Positions 8,044-16,902 of a stretch of 64,000 nt of DNA are shown here, piece after piece. The translations under genes were made by a program, and so were the position numbers. A model generated the notes under the pieces. It saw only the letters and a list, made by a program, of their open reading frames with translations. It had not been told where the DNA came from and did not search any database. The DNA is from Thermoplasmatota archaeon (GTDB taxonomy: Archaea; Thermoplasmatota; E2; DHVEG-1). Each line of letters opens with the position of its first letter. Position 1 is the stretch's first letter. The stretch is from contig JALOTN010000006.1 in NCBI GenBank assembly GCA_025457885.1, forward strand, positions 5,635 through 69,634, read 5' to 3'.

Positions 8044-10707
8044 ATGTTCTCCTGGAGGATTTCTCGGGGAATACCATTAAGATTATATGAAAATAGGAGT
8101 TCTCTTTTTTTTGTCATGCTAAAGAACATCCGAGATGCCACCAGGTTTTTTCCTATCGGCATCCTGTTGACCAATGTGGTATGTGTTTTGTTTGTCCTGA
8201 CGGTTCTTTCTGGTGGTTTTGGATCTGTTATGATCTTTAGTCAGCAGCTACTCGCGGTTTTCCTGATGCTAGGGGTTTCATTGTGTAATGTACCCCTTCT
8301 TTTGATGCTGCGTCATCTTTCCAAACCATCGTTAGGCGCCCGCGTGATCCTTGTTGGGGTCTTCTTTTGGTTTTTTGGATTTCTGATCCTTATAGTATCA
8401 AAGACAAACCTTCTCTGGATCAGTAGTATTTCGATGATCCTCTCTGGGATTTTCCTCTGCCTTCAGGGGTTGGGTCGTCAGCGAAGCGACCTGCGTTTCC
8501 TCACCATTTCATCATTTTTATATGCTCTGGTGTTTCTTCTTCTACAAACCATCCCCTCCCTCTGGTCTGTGTATCAGCAAGGCTCCTTCATGGTGAGCCA
8601 TGCAGTTGGTTATCTCATCGGTTCTCCTCTCGCTTTAGGACCAACCACGAGTGGGGCAGGGATTTTCCTTTTAACTTGTGTGGTTCTCCTGGGTTGTTTC
8701 TTTGTCATAGGCAGGAAAACACGAAGGGATGTGCTCTGGTTTTGTTTCTGGATTGGCTTTTTATGTATTCTTTGGTTTGGGTATCTTCTCCTCCTGGGTC
8801 TACTGTCATATCCAGCATCTGATGCGTTGAACCTTCATCCGGTGTTGTTTCTTTTGTGTCTGATCCCTCTCTTTGTTTCCCTGCTATCCTCTCAAGACAG
8901 AATCATGATCTCAGGATCATCATTCATTCAAAAACACTCTCTTAGACCTCATCTCATGAATGGTGCGGTCTGGGCAGCTGTGTTTCTGTTCCTCTCCACC
9001 TTTCTGTTCACCTTGGTTCTTCCATCAGGATCCCTTCCAGTTGAACCGCAAAAAATCGTTTTCTATGGAGATCATATGGTGGGGACCTGGGATGTACCCG
9101 AATATGGGAAATACGGGAAGGATGCTGTCGGGATGTTCGGTCTTTGGCCGGTGACCCTCACCACCCTGGGGTATTCCACGGAGATTGTTGTAAAGGACCG
9201 CGGAAAATTTCTTAATACCACACAACCTTTGCTGCAGAACATCACCCGGTATCTGAACCTAACGGATTATACAGCCATCCAGGAGTCGTCCCAAGTCACC
9301 ACTTCGCTGCTTCAGGGCGCCTACGTTTTTGTCGTCTCCAACCTGAATGTCTCCTTTACCGAACAGGAACAATCCATCATCTGGGACTATGTGAGAGGCG
9401 GAGGCTCCTTGCTGGTCATCGGGGATCACACGAATGTTGGAGGCATGCAGGAGCCATTAAATGAGCTGCTTACCCCGGTAGGGATCCGATATCGGTTCGA
9501 CGCTGCACTCCCCCTGGATGAGAAATTCAAATGGCTCTCCTGCACACAGCTGCTACATCATCCCATCACAATGTCTCTTCTAAATCTTGATGAACTGCAA
9601 TATGGGGTCGGCGCCTCCCTTGATCTGTCATCCTCTGCCTTCCCCATCATCATCGGATCATCGGTCCTCTCAGATGAAGGGAACCGGTCCAATGCTGATA
9701 TCGCCTACCTTGGTGATTATGAATATAACAAGGGAGAACAACTAGGAGATGTGGTCCTAGTCGCTGGGGCGTTCTACGGTGATGGGAGGGTCCTGGTGTT
9801 TGGGGACACCTCTTCGTTCCAGAACCCTGCATTACCCTCATCCTATCGATTTGTTCAGACGTGTTTTTCCTGGCTCGCTCGTGAACAGACCGGGGTGTTC
9901 TTTTTGATTCAAACCGGTGCCTCCTTAGGGTTTCTCCTCAGTGCAATCCTCGTGTTCGTCTTCTTCAGGAAAAACTCGACATCATTCATCTGGTTCCCCG
10001 CTGTTCTGTGTATCTCCTTGATCCTCACGGTCATCCTCAATCCCCCCCTGGTCGCTCTCCCAAGGAATGATATGGGTTCTGTTGTGTACATCGATGCATC
10101 ACATACCGAACGATTCTCTCTTGAATCATTCACGGATGACTCCCTTAATGGCTTCCTGTTGAACCTGCAACGCAATAACCTTCACCCCCGCATCCTCAGA
10201 GAATTCAACATAGAAACCATCCAAGGAAGCAGCATGATTGTTTTTAACGCGCCAACCACCACGTTTACCTCTGATGAAATCAGGTTCCTCCAAACCTATA
10301 TGACTCAAGGGGGTGTCGTCCTGCTTGCCACAGGATTTGAGGATAAAACAGCCTCCCTTCCTCTTCTTTCATCCTTCGGGTTGGATGTCGAACCAACCCC
10401 GCTTGGTCCAGTCCCGTACGTTGAAGAGAACCTTTCCCTATATCAAAATGAACCACGGTTCGTGGACAGCTGGCCAATCACGTTCAATGGGAACCAAACC
10501 ACCTCCTATTATAACTTCACCTGGGATGATCTGACGTTCCACCTCGTCGTGTTCCAACCATACGGCGCAGGGGGGCTCCTACTTATCGGAGACAGCCAGT
10601 TCCTCCTCAACAAGAACCTGGAGTCCATCTACGATTACTGGCCGGGTAACATCCTGTTCATAAAATACCTCCTCGATGAATTACCATTACAGGAGAACTA
10701 CTCATGA
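8044..10707 (+). CDS. giant polytopic membrane protein with two extracytoplasmic alpha/beta (GldG/DUF4350-like?) modules
   Basis: 887 aa. The N-terminal ~340 aa hold at least 8 hydrophobic helices. Two repeated modules follow, carrying SLLVIGDHTNVGGM and LLLIGDSQF motifs, with an additional TM block around aa 620-670. The protein is a paralogue of the next gene. The family assignment is tentative. Confidence 0.6.
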   Translation: MFSWRISRGIPLRLYENRSSLFFVMLKNIRDATRFFPIGILLTNVVCVLFVLTVLSGGFGSVMIFSQQLLAVFLMLGVSLCNVPLLLMLRHLSKPSLGARVILVGVFFWFFGFLILIVSKTNLLWISSISMILSGIFLCLQGLGRQRSDLRFLTISSFLYALVFLLLQTIPSLWSVYQQGSFMVSHAVGYLIGSPLALGPTTSGAGIFLLTCVVLLGCFFVIGRKTRRDVLWFCFWIGFLCILWFGYLLLLGLLSYPASDALNLHPVLFLLCLIPLFVSLLSSQDRIMISGSSFIQKHSLRPHLMNGAVWAAVFLFLSTFLFTLVLPSGSLPVEPQKIVFYGDHMVGTWDVPEYGKYGKDAVGMFGLWPVTLTTLGYSTEIVVKDRGKFLNTTQPLLQNITRYLNLTDYTAIQESSQVTTSLLQGAYVFVVSNLNVSFTEQEQSIIWDYVRGGGSLLVIGDHTNVGGMQEPLNELLTPVGIRYRFDAALPLDEKFKWLSCTQLLHHPITMSLLNLDELQYGVGASLDLSSSAFPIIIGSSVLSDEGNRSNADIAYLGDYEYNKGEQLGDVVLVAGAFYGDGRVLVFGDTSSFQNPALPSSYRFVQTCFSWLAREQTGVFFLIQTGASLGFLLSAILVFVFFRKNSTSFIWFPAVLCISLILTVILNPPLVALPRNDMGSVVYIDASHTERFSLESFTDDSLNGFLLNLQRNNLHPRILREFNIETIQGSSMIVFNAPTTTFTSDEIRFLQTYMTQGGVVLLATGFEDKTASLPLLSSFGLDVEPTPLGPVPYVEENLSLYQNEPRFVDSWPITFNGNQTTSYYNFTWDDLTFHLVVFQPYGAGGLLLIGDSQFLLNKNLESIYDYWPGNILFIKYLLDELPLQENYS

Positions 10708-13238
10708 GACGGATCCTCTGGCTTGGAGCATTCCTTCTCTCCTCGAGTTGGCTGTTCCTCATCCCCCAGTTCATCACCCCGAATCTCCCCGCTGGGCTGC
10801 TCTGCGTCCTCTTTGGGGTCCTCTGCTTCATCATAGGAATCTCATCAGTTGTGACACCACAACCAAACCTTCGATACCTTGTTCTCCTTTTCCCGCTCAC
10901 TATAGCAGCACTCCTAGTGCCCTTCCCCCACAATCTCGGAGTAATACTCCTTGGCCTTGGGCTTCTTTTTGTCTTGCTTTGTTACCGCTTCGAACGACTC
11001 CAAGCAATCCCCCTAGGTATTTCCCTTGCGGGGGTCCTACTCCTCCTGCAGACCCTGATCTTTCCTTTGTACGTCTCCCTTGCTTCCCATGGACATCGAG
11101 TAGACGTCCTTGCCTCAGTGATCTCCCCGATCGCGAATTTCCTTGGATTCCATACCTCGGCAACCAACGGGTTCCTCTTTGTTCAAACCCTCCAGACCAC
11201 CCCCTTCACCATCACCTGGGAGAGCCTTGGATGCCCCCTAGCCCTTAACCTCTTTCTTGCTGGGTTTTTCCTTCTCCTCCTCTTCTCCAAGACCAAACAA
11301 CAGATGCTGAAAAACACCATCATTTTTCTCATTGCAGGGACATCATACCTCCTCCTACGCTTCATCGCAATCCTCTCATTGTATCTTACGACTACAGAGC
11401 TGTCCGTGTTCTGGGACCCCTTGCTCACCACCCTTAGTTTCCTCCCCTTCAGCCTCCTTCTCATGAAACTAATCCCCCTGCAGAAACACGAAACAGTCAC
11501 CATACAAGCCCCATCGATAAAAATGACAAAAAAACACCTCGCAACCATGGTTCTTTTGATTCTTCTTGTCTCTTCATTGACTGCCGCATTCCTCTATCAT
11601 GACCCTGGGGTGAAAAAAACAGGTCGCGTCCTCATCGATGAATACCACAGCCAATGGGAAGACACCCTCCGACCTCTGGATACCGAATGGTACGGACTGC
11701 TCTCCACCTACAATTATTATTCCTGGGGGCGCTGGATATCCTATCATTATCCTGTGGAGACGAACACCAATGAGACCTTCACCACCTCACTCCTCAGTCA
11801 CTATGATATCCTCATCCTGAAATGCCCCACCGAAAGCTACACCACCCAAGAAATCCAAGCGATCAAAGACTTTGTTACCCATGGCGGAGGACTCTACCTC
11901 ATCGGGGATCATACCAACGTTTTCGGGATGAACACCTTCCTAAACCAAGTCTCTGAGGAGTTCGGGATCCGGTTCAAAACCGATGCCTCCTACGAGCTAG
12001 GCACAGGGGACCTCTCAGTCTACACCCCAGACCGATCCTATGCTCACCCCGTACTTCGTCAGGTCCCCCAGTTCGAATTCATGACCTCCTGCACCCTGGA
12101 GCCCACCTCTCTCTCCGCGTCCCTCCAAATGGAAAACATCATCATCGGCAACCGACTCATCAGCGAACCAGGCACCTATTCAACAGAGAATTTCTTCAGA
12201 GAATCCATCGCCTCCCCAGACTCCGAATACGGATACCTGCTCCAAGCTGCAGCGATCACGTACGGCGCAGGCCGTGTCGTAGCCTTCACCGACAGCACCG
12301 TATTTTCCAGCTTCTGTCTCTACACAGATGGATATCCTGCGTTCACCCTTGGCGCGTTGGAGTACCTGAATCGATCAAACTCACCAGCACCCCTATCAAC
12401 CATCCTTTTCGTCCTCGCCGTCGTCCTGTTCCTCCTCATCGCTTATCTCGTAAAAAATATCAACAAAACATTTCTCCTCTGGATGATCCTGTTTTCCGGA
12501 CTACTTGCGTTCTGCCTCACTGCCCCCCTCTGCTCATATCTCACAGACCTCTCCTATCAACCCACAGAAGCCGCTCTCGATTATCCCACGGTGGTCTTCG
12601 AACAGCAACATTCGACGGTCAACATCTCAGTTAAACCCACCGCATCACTAGGGGTTACCTCCACGAACTACGGGACGTTCTACATCTGGACCCAACGAGT
12701 CGGACTGGTCCCATCACTTGCGCCAACCCTCCATGATGCGACCACAAACGGTGATGTTATAATCCTGATTAACCCAACACGAGCTTTCACAGAAACAGAT
12801 GTGAAGCTCATCACCACCTACCTCGAACACGGCGGACGACTGCTCCTCATGGACAGCATCACAAATCCTGAATCCACTGCCAATGAACTACTTGGGAATT
12901 TTGGACTCTGGATCACCACCGAATCAACAAATAAACCACTTTACACCAATGAAACCGAGAACGGAAGTCTGACGCTCCAAGGTAATATCACCACCCCGTC
13001 GCTCACCATCACCGGCGGAACTCCCCTCCTCATCAGCAATGACAACAACACCTATGCAAGCATGGTTGAAATTACAAACCCAGACAACACCAAAGCACCA
13101 GGATACTTCGTTGTCATTGTCGACTCTGCATCGTTTTCTGATGCTCAGATGGGTGGCACCTTCACGGAACCAACAGATCAGCAACGCCAGATCTACAATA
13201 CCGAGTTTTTCCTTCTCAGAACGCTCTTGTCTTCATAA
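10704..13238 (+). CDS. giant polytopic membrane protein, paralogue of the preceding gene
   Basis: 844 aa with the same architecture: an N-terminal multi-TM region, GLYLIGDHTNVFGM plus VVAFTDSTVF in module 1, RLLLMDSITN in module 2, and an internal TM block. An ATGA overlap with the upstream gene indicates an operon. Confidence 0.6.
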   Translation: MRRILWLGAFLLSSSWLFLIPQFITPNLPAGLLCVLFGVLCFIIGISSVVTPQPNLRYLVLLFPLTIAALLVPFPHNLGVILLGLGLLFVLLCYRFERLQAIPLGISLAGVLLLLQTLIFPLYVSLASHGHRVDVLASVISPIANFLGFHTSATNGFLFVQTLQTTPFTITWESLGCPLALNLFLAGFFLLLLFSKTKQQMLKNTIIFLIAGTSYLLLRFIAILSLYLTTTELSVFWDPLLTTLSFLPFSLLLMKLIPLQKHETVTIQAPSIKMTKKHLATMVLLILLVSSLTAAFLYHDPGVKKTGRVLIDEYHSQWEDTLRPLDTEWYGLLSTYNYYSWGRWISYHYPVETNTNETFTTSLLSHYDILILKCPTESYTTQEIQAIKDFVTHGGGLYLIGDHTNVFGMNTFLNQVSEEFGIRFKTDASYELGTGDLSVYTPDRSYAHPVLRQVPQFEFMTSCTLEPTSLSASLQMENIIIGNRLISEPGTYSTENFFRESIASPDSEYGYLLQAAAITYGAGRVVAFTDSTVFSSFCLYTDGYPAFTLGALEYLNRSNSPAPLSTILFVLAVVLFLLIAYLVKNINKTFLLWMILFSGLLAFCLTAPLCSYLTDLSYQPTEAALDYPTVVFEQQHSTVNISVKPTASLGVTSTNYGTFYIWTQRVGLVPSLAPTLHDATTNGDVIILINPTRAFTETDVKLITTYLEHGGRLLLMDSITNPESTANELLGNFGLWITTESTNKPLYTNETENGSLTLQGNITTPSLTITGGTPLLISNDNNTYASMVEITNPDNTKAPGYFVVIVDSASFSDAQMGGTFTEPTDQQRQIYNTEFFLLRTLLSS

Positions 13239-13328
13239 AAAAACCCTTTTTTTTCTTTTGATTCGTCCTTATTATCCAGGATAAGCATTAAATACAGGAA
13301 CAACGATAAGTTTCTCGGGGAAAGAAAT

Positions 13329-13997
13329 ATGGAGAAAAAAACTCTCATCTTAACCGTATCGGCAGCTGCCCTCATCGTGTTTGCTTCGTTTAGCTCTGTG
13401 GTTGGCTTGACAAACGAACAATCATCAGAACAAACCAAATCACCATTGTTTGCGATTCGTACGCAACGGTCGATTCAAACAACACATGAACAAACTATAC
13501 AATCACAATACCTGGGGAAAGGGATAACCTCTCAGTTGTTCCGCTCACGACAACCATCGCTCGATAGCGCCTTGGATCGAGTAGTGAAACTGCTAAATAC
13601 GAATCCTGATTTTTTTGCAAAAATCCTAAAAACCATCACTTCAAATCCACAGGTACAATCTCTTTTGAAGAAACAAGGGATGACGATGGATGAATTTAGG
13701 ACCTATCTGAATCAACTTAAAAATGATCCATCCCTCTTCATTGAGCAGATCCGCCGTGCGGAACCAAAGTTCTCAGAACAACAGTTACAATCACCGGCTC
13801 CACTGAGTTTGAACACCACAAATCCCTTCGCGTGTGTCATCACTGCGATTGTCATGATCCCTGTTGTGCTGGTAATCGGTCTGATTGTCGTGTTATTCAC
13901 CTTACGTATCCTGCAATGTCTGAACTTTAATGAGGTCATGAATAACCTTATGGAACAGATCTTACAGGGTCTTACTCCTGGAGAGTACCTTCTCTAA
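13329..13997 (+). CDS. secreted/membrane-anchored hypothetical protein (signal peptide + C-terminal TM)
   Basis: 222 aa with an N-terminal signal MEKKTLILTVSAAALIVFASF and a C-terminal hydrophobic helix (VITAIVMIPVVLVIGLIVVLF). It sits on the same strand directly after the giant pair. Confidence 0.45.
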   Translation: MEKKTLILTVSAAALIVFASFSSVVGLTNEQSSEQTKSPLFAIRTQRSIQTTHEQTIQSQYLGKGITSQLFRSRQPSLDSALDRVVKLLNTNPDFFAKILKTITSNPQVQSLLKKQGMTMDEFRTYLNQLKNDPSLFIEQIRRAEPKFSEQQLQSPAPLSLNTTNPFACVITAIVMIPVVLVIGLIVVLFTLRILQCLNFNEVMNNLMEQILQGLTPGEYLL

Positions 13998-14072
13998 TCA
14001 TTTTTCTCTTTCTTTTTATTTTTCCTGCGATATATTTATATAGATTTCCAGAGAATGTGTACTAGTACGAAT

Positions 14073-15113
14073 ATGATTTCTCATTTGAAAACCATCCTTC
14101 ATTGTCTAGGGGTATTGCTCCTTTTAGTAATCGGGAGTGTGCCTCTTGAAGCCCAACCAGAAAAAACGGAATATGCCTCTTCTTCTCCTTCTTATGATAT
14201 GGTCATCCGAGAGGGGCTCTCTGCGATAGAACAGCAACAGAAAAGAGAAGCTGATGACTCCCAGCAGCTCTCATCGCTGGTAACCTGGTATACCACACAT
14301 CCACTCATCGAGTATGCAAGCTGCATTGAACGATCTATCACGGTGCGATTCATCGATGGTTCCTATGTAGTTCTCTTCGATCCCTTGTCTGGCACATCAG
14401 AATCCGTTATTGGTACGCAGTGGCCTTCGATTCATCAAAGATATCTGGGTCCTACAAACAAAACCGCTGTTATCCTTAACCCTGCTGAATCCATGTATGG
14501 TCATCATCAATGCCAGCGGATTATCACCACCTTGTTACAGAAGGATTATTCGATTGAATATCTCGCAAACCAGGCAGTGGATGTATCGTATATCAGAAAC
14601 AATCTGTCCGCATCAATCATCTACATGAACACCCATGCGGGGTACTTTGATATCGATGGGGATCTTTTAGCAGATGCTGTGGTCATCGCAACGGGTGAGC
14701 CTTGGACGAACGAAACAGAAATTAAATACGCTGAGGAGATTCAGAACCATCTGATTGTCAAAGGTATGGTTGGTGACCAGGGGTTTGTGACATTCACCCC
14801 AGCATTTATTGAACAATATTATTCAACAAACCCGTTCCCAGGTTCTCTGGTGTTCATGGCAACGTGTTATGCTTTGGCGGACAGTTCTATGGCACAAGCG
14901 TTCCTTAATACCGGTGCATCGGTTTACCTAGGCTGGTCTCAGAACACGGTGTTCTGGACCAATAGCAGGACCTCCGTGCAGGTGTTTCATCTTCTGGCTC
15001 TGGGTGTTCCTGTTCAGTTGATCTGTCGGATGATTCGCTCGGGAGGATTCTATAACTGGTTGTTCCATTCAAAACTCATGTATATCGGGGATGGTACCTA
15101 CACTATCCCGTAA
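14073..15113 (+). CDS. secreted caspase/gingipain-fold (clan CD-like) protein
   Basis: Signal peptide present. A candidate His (IYMNTHAGYFD) lies about 78 aa upstream of a candidate Cys in a hydrophobic strand (LVFMATCYALADS). The same spacing and pattern occur in the C-terminal domain of the 1239-aa protein. The upstream TATA box sits too close to the 14055 ATG, so 14073 is preferred. Confidence 0.4.
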   Translation: MISHLKTILHCLGVLLLLVIGSVPLEAQPEKTEYASSSPSYDMVIREGLSAIEQQQKREADDSQQLSSLVTWYTTHPLIEYASCIERSITVRFIDGSYVVLFDPLSGTSESVIGTQWPSIHQRYLGPTNKTAVILNPAESMYGHHQCQRIITTLLQKDYSIEYLANQAVDVSYIRNNLSASIIYMNTHAGYFDIDGDLLADAVVIATGEPWTNETEIKYAEEIQNHLIVKGMVGDQGFVTFTPAFIEQYYSTNPFPGSLVFMATCYALADSSMAQAFLNTGASVYLGWSQNTVFWTNSRTSVQVFHLLALGVPVQLICRMIRSGGFYNWLFHSKLMYIGDGTYTIP

Positions 15114-15116
15114 GAA

Positions 15117-15141
15117 TTTTTTTTTTTTTTTTTTTTTTTTT
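15117..15141 (+). terminator. T25 homopolymer filling the entire gap between convergent genes
   Basis: 25 consecutive T directly after the stop at 15111..15113 form a strong oligo-U terminator for the plus gene. The tract also overlaps the TAA stop of the minus-strand gene at 15140..15142. Confidence 0.5.
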
Positions 15142-15991
15142 ACCGTACCCAAAACATCGATCGCATAAGCATCTGAGCCTGCAATGGGAGATCTACTGGT
15201 TTTTTGCCTTCGATCATATCAAGGGTCGCCTGGGTGTAGGTATCAACGATCTGTTGGAAGAACCAGCGGCCATAATCACTATCAGCCCGTGCTGGGCTTC
15301 CGACATACCCCTCGGTTATTCCGATTTCTTTGAAGGTTTTACCTAAGACTCGGGGTGAATACAGATCCCGGTAGATGCTCTGGAGGTCTTTATAGGACGG
15401 GTCCACAAGGTAGGGATATTGATAGTTCATCAGGGAGGTTTCGCGGAAACAGGCATGGACTTCTTTTTTGGTATCAAAACCGACCTGTGGCTCTCGTTTC
15501 TCCACTTCTTTGTTGTAGAAATACGGTCCCCAGGGTTCGATGATTTTTATTGGTTTGTTCTTCATTGCTTTACTCATCGCACTGTAGATGGCTTTGAGAT
15601 GTCCAAGGTCCATGTGAAACGTACATATCACATAATATTTGAAACCGAATTTCGAAAGAGAACTGCAGATGTCAGTGATGATCATCTTGAGTGCTTTTAC
15701 TTGAACCGAGACTGTACCGGGGAAATCAGAGGCCATTTTTGTATATCCCAGGGGGATCGCTGGATAGAGGACACATGTCAGCTCAGGTTTCTTCTTCTTG
15801 ATTGTCCGGATTGTTTCCTTTGCGGTGTCACGTGCGGTCAAGAGATCAGTGCCGACGGGAAGATGAGGTCCATGTTCTTCTAAGGGACTTATCGGGATGA
15901 AGATGATGGTTTTCTCCCGGTCGAGTGCATCAAACTGCTTCCAGGAAAGCTCCTCGAGCTGTATGATTTTAAACTCGGTTTTGTTGTTGTT
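15140..15991 (-). CDS. creatininase-family amidohydrolase (ArfB-like) with undefined start
   Basis: The conserved N-terminal core IIFIPISPLEEHGPHLPVGTD and the preceding IIQLEELSWKQF lie in-frame upstream of the first canonical start, a TTG at 15841 (table ORF 15140..15841). The frame is open to 16015, but no ATG, GTG or TTG precedes the conserved region. Confidence 0.55.
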   Translation of the reverse strand, partial: NNNKTEFKIIQLEELSWKQFDALDREKTIIFIPISPLEEHGPHLPVGTDLLTARDTAKETIRTIKKKKPELTCVLYPAIPLGYTKMASDFPGTVSVQVKALKMIITDICSSLSKFGFKYYVICTFHMDLGHLKAIYSAMSKAMKNKPIKIIEPWGPYFYNKEVEKREPQVGFDTKKEVHACFRETSLMNYQYPYLVDPSYKDLQSIYRDLYSPRVLGKTFKEIGITEGYVGSPARADSDYGRWFFQQIVDTYTQATLDMIEGKKPVDLPLQAQMLMRSMFWVR

Positions 15992-16002
15992 CTTCGCTGA
16001 TT

Positions 16003-16902
16003 TTATGTTATCACCTCACATCCATCTTCTCGTACGATGACGGTGTGTTCTTTCTGAGTGACCATCCCACCTTTTGCTTCAACAAGTTGCGGGTATTGTT
16101 TCACCACACCAAGGATCATGAGTTTTTTCATTGTCAGGTCGTCTTTTGGGAACAAGGTATGGTACCATCGTTGTGCAAACGGTAATGATCCAAAATTGTT
16201 CCGTATCTTCTCACAGACGAGTTTTGTCTTGTTATCTCGGATGAATTTTGCTTTCAAGGTATCTTTACAGAGGTAAATATTGCTGCCTTGGCTGGAGGTC
16301 ACATGTCCTGCCCCGTTTGTGGCAAATGGTTCTATGGCGATTACATCACCATCATGTAACGTACTTTTCCCACCAAGTGCACCGACATTAGGGATGGAGA
16401 CTCCTGAATGAAGCTCATAGCGTTTTAACCCATGACCCATGAGGTTCTCAATGGGTTTGAAGCCATAGGAGGTTATCGTGGACTCGATAGTCTTTCCCGC
16501 CTCAGAAAGAGGCAGCTGGGTGGTGAAGACATTGATTACTTTTGTTAAGGCTTCTTCTGATGCACGGATGAGGTCTGCATACTGGTGTGTCCCCAGTTCA
16601 ATGGTCACCGCGGTATCAGCGATATACCCATCCATATGGGCTCCGACATCGAGTTTCACCACATCCCCCTTTTGGAACATCCGGGGGTCATCATGGGTAG
16701 GACTATAATGGGCAGCTAAGGAGTTGAGAGCAATGTTGACGGGGAATGCCAATCCAGCATCATTTTTGAGGATACGATCTTCAACACATGATGCCACCTC
16801 GAGTAATCGTACCCCTGGTTTAAGGAGGGAGACCCCATAGTCACGGGCTTCTGCGGCGATCCTCCCTGCTTGTTTGTATTTTTCGTAAGTTGCATTATCC
16901 AT
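16003..16902 (-). CDS. map: methionine aminopeptidase, type 2 (archaeal)
   Basis: 299 aa with the MetAP2 pattern: AAHYSP, the DVGAHMDGYIAD metal ligands, and GHG...EPF. Confidence 0.8.
   Translation of the reverse strand: MDNATYEKYKQAGRIAAEARDYGVSLLKPGVRLLEVASCVEDRILKNDAGLAFPVNIALNSLAAHYSPTHDDPRMFQKGDVVKLDVGAHMDGYIADTAVTIELGTHQYADLIRASEEALTKVINVFTTQLPLSEAGKTIESTITSYGFKPIENLMGHGLKRYELHSGVSIPNVGALGGKSTLHDGDVIAIEPFATNGAGHVTSSQGSNIYLCKDTLKAKFIRDNKTKLVCEKIRNNFGSLPFAQRWYHTLFPKDDLTMKKLMILGVVKQYPQLVEAKGGMVTQKEHTVIVREDGCEVIT

Noticed and set aside
10676-11248. 190-aa proline-rich ORF overlapping the start of the second giant membrane protein
   Set aside because: It is an out-of-frame reading of a very C-rich, Leu/Pro-codon-rich TM-protein gene. 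The in-frame 844-aa ORF has clear paralogy to the upstream gene, so this one is not real.
13039-13284. 81-aa ORF spanning the end of the second giant gene and its terminator
   Set aside because: It is out of frame with a confident gene, runs through the oligo-T terminator and has no motif.
15419-15883. 154-aa plus-strand ORF
   Set aside because: It is antisense to the creatininase-family gene and has no motif.
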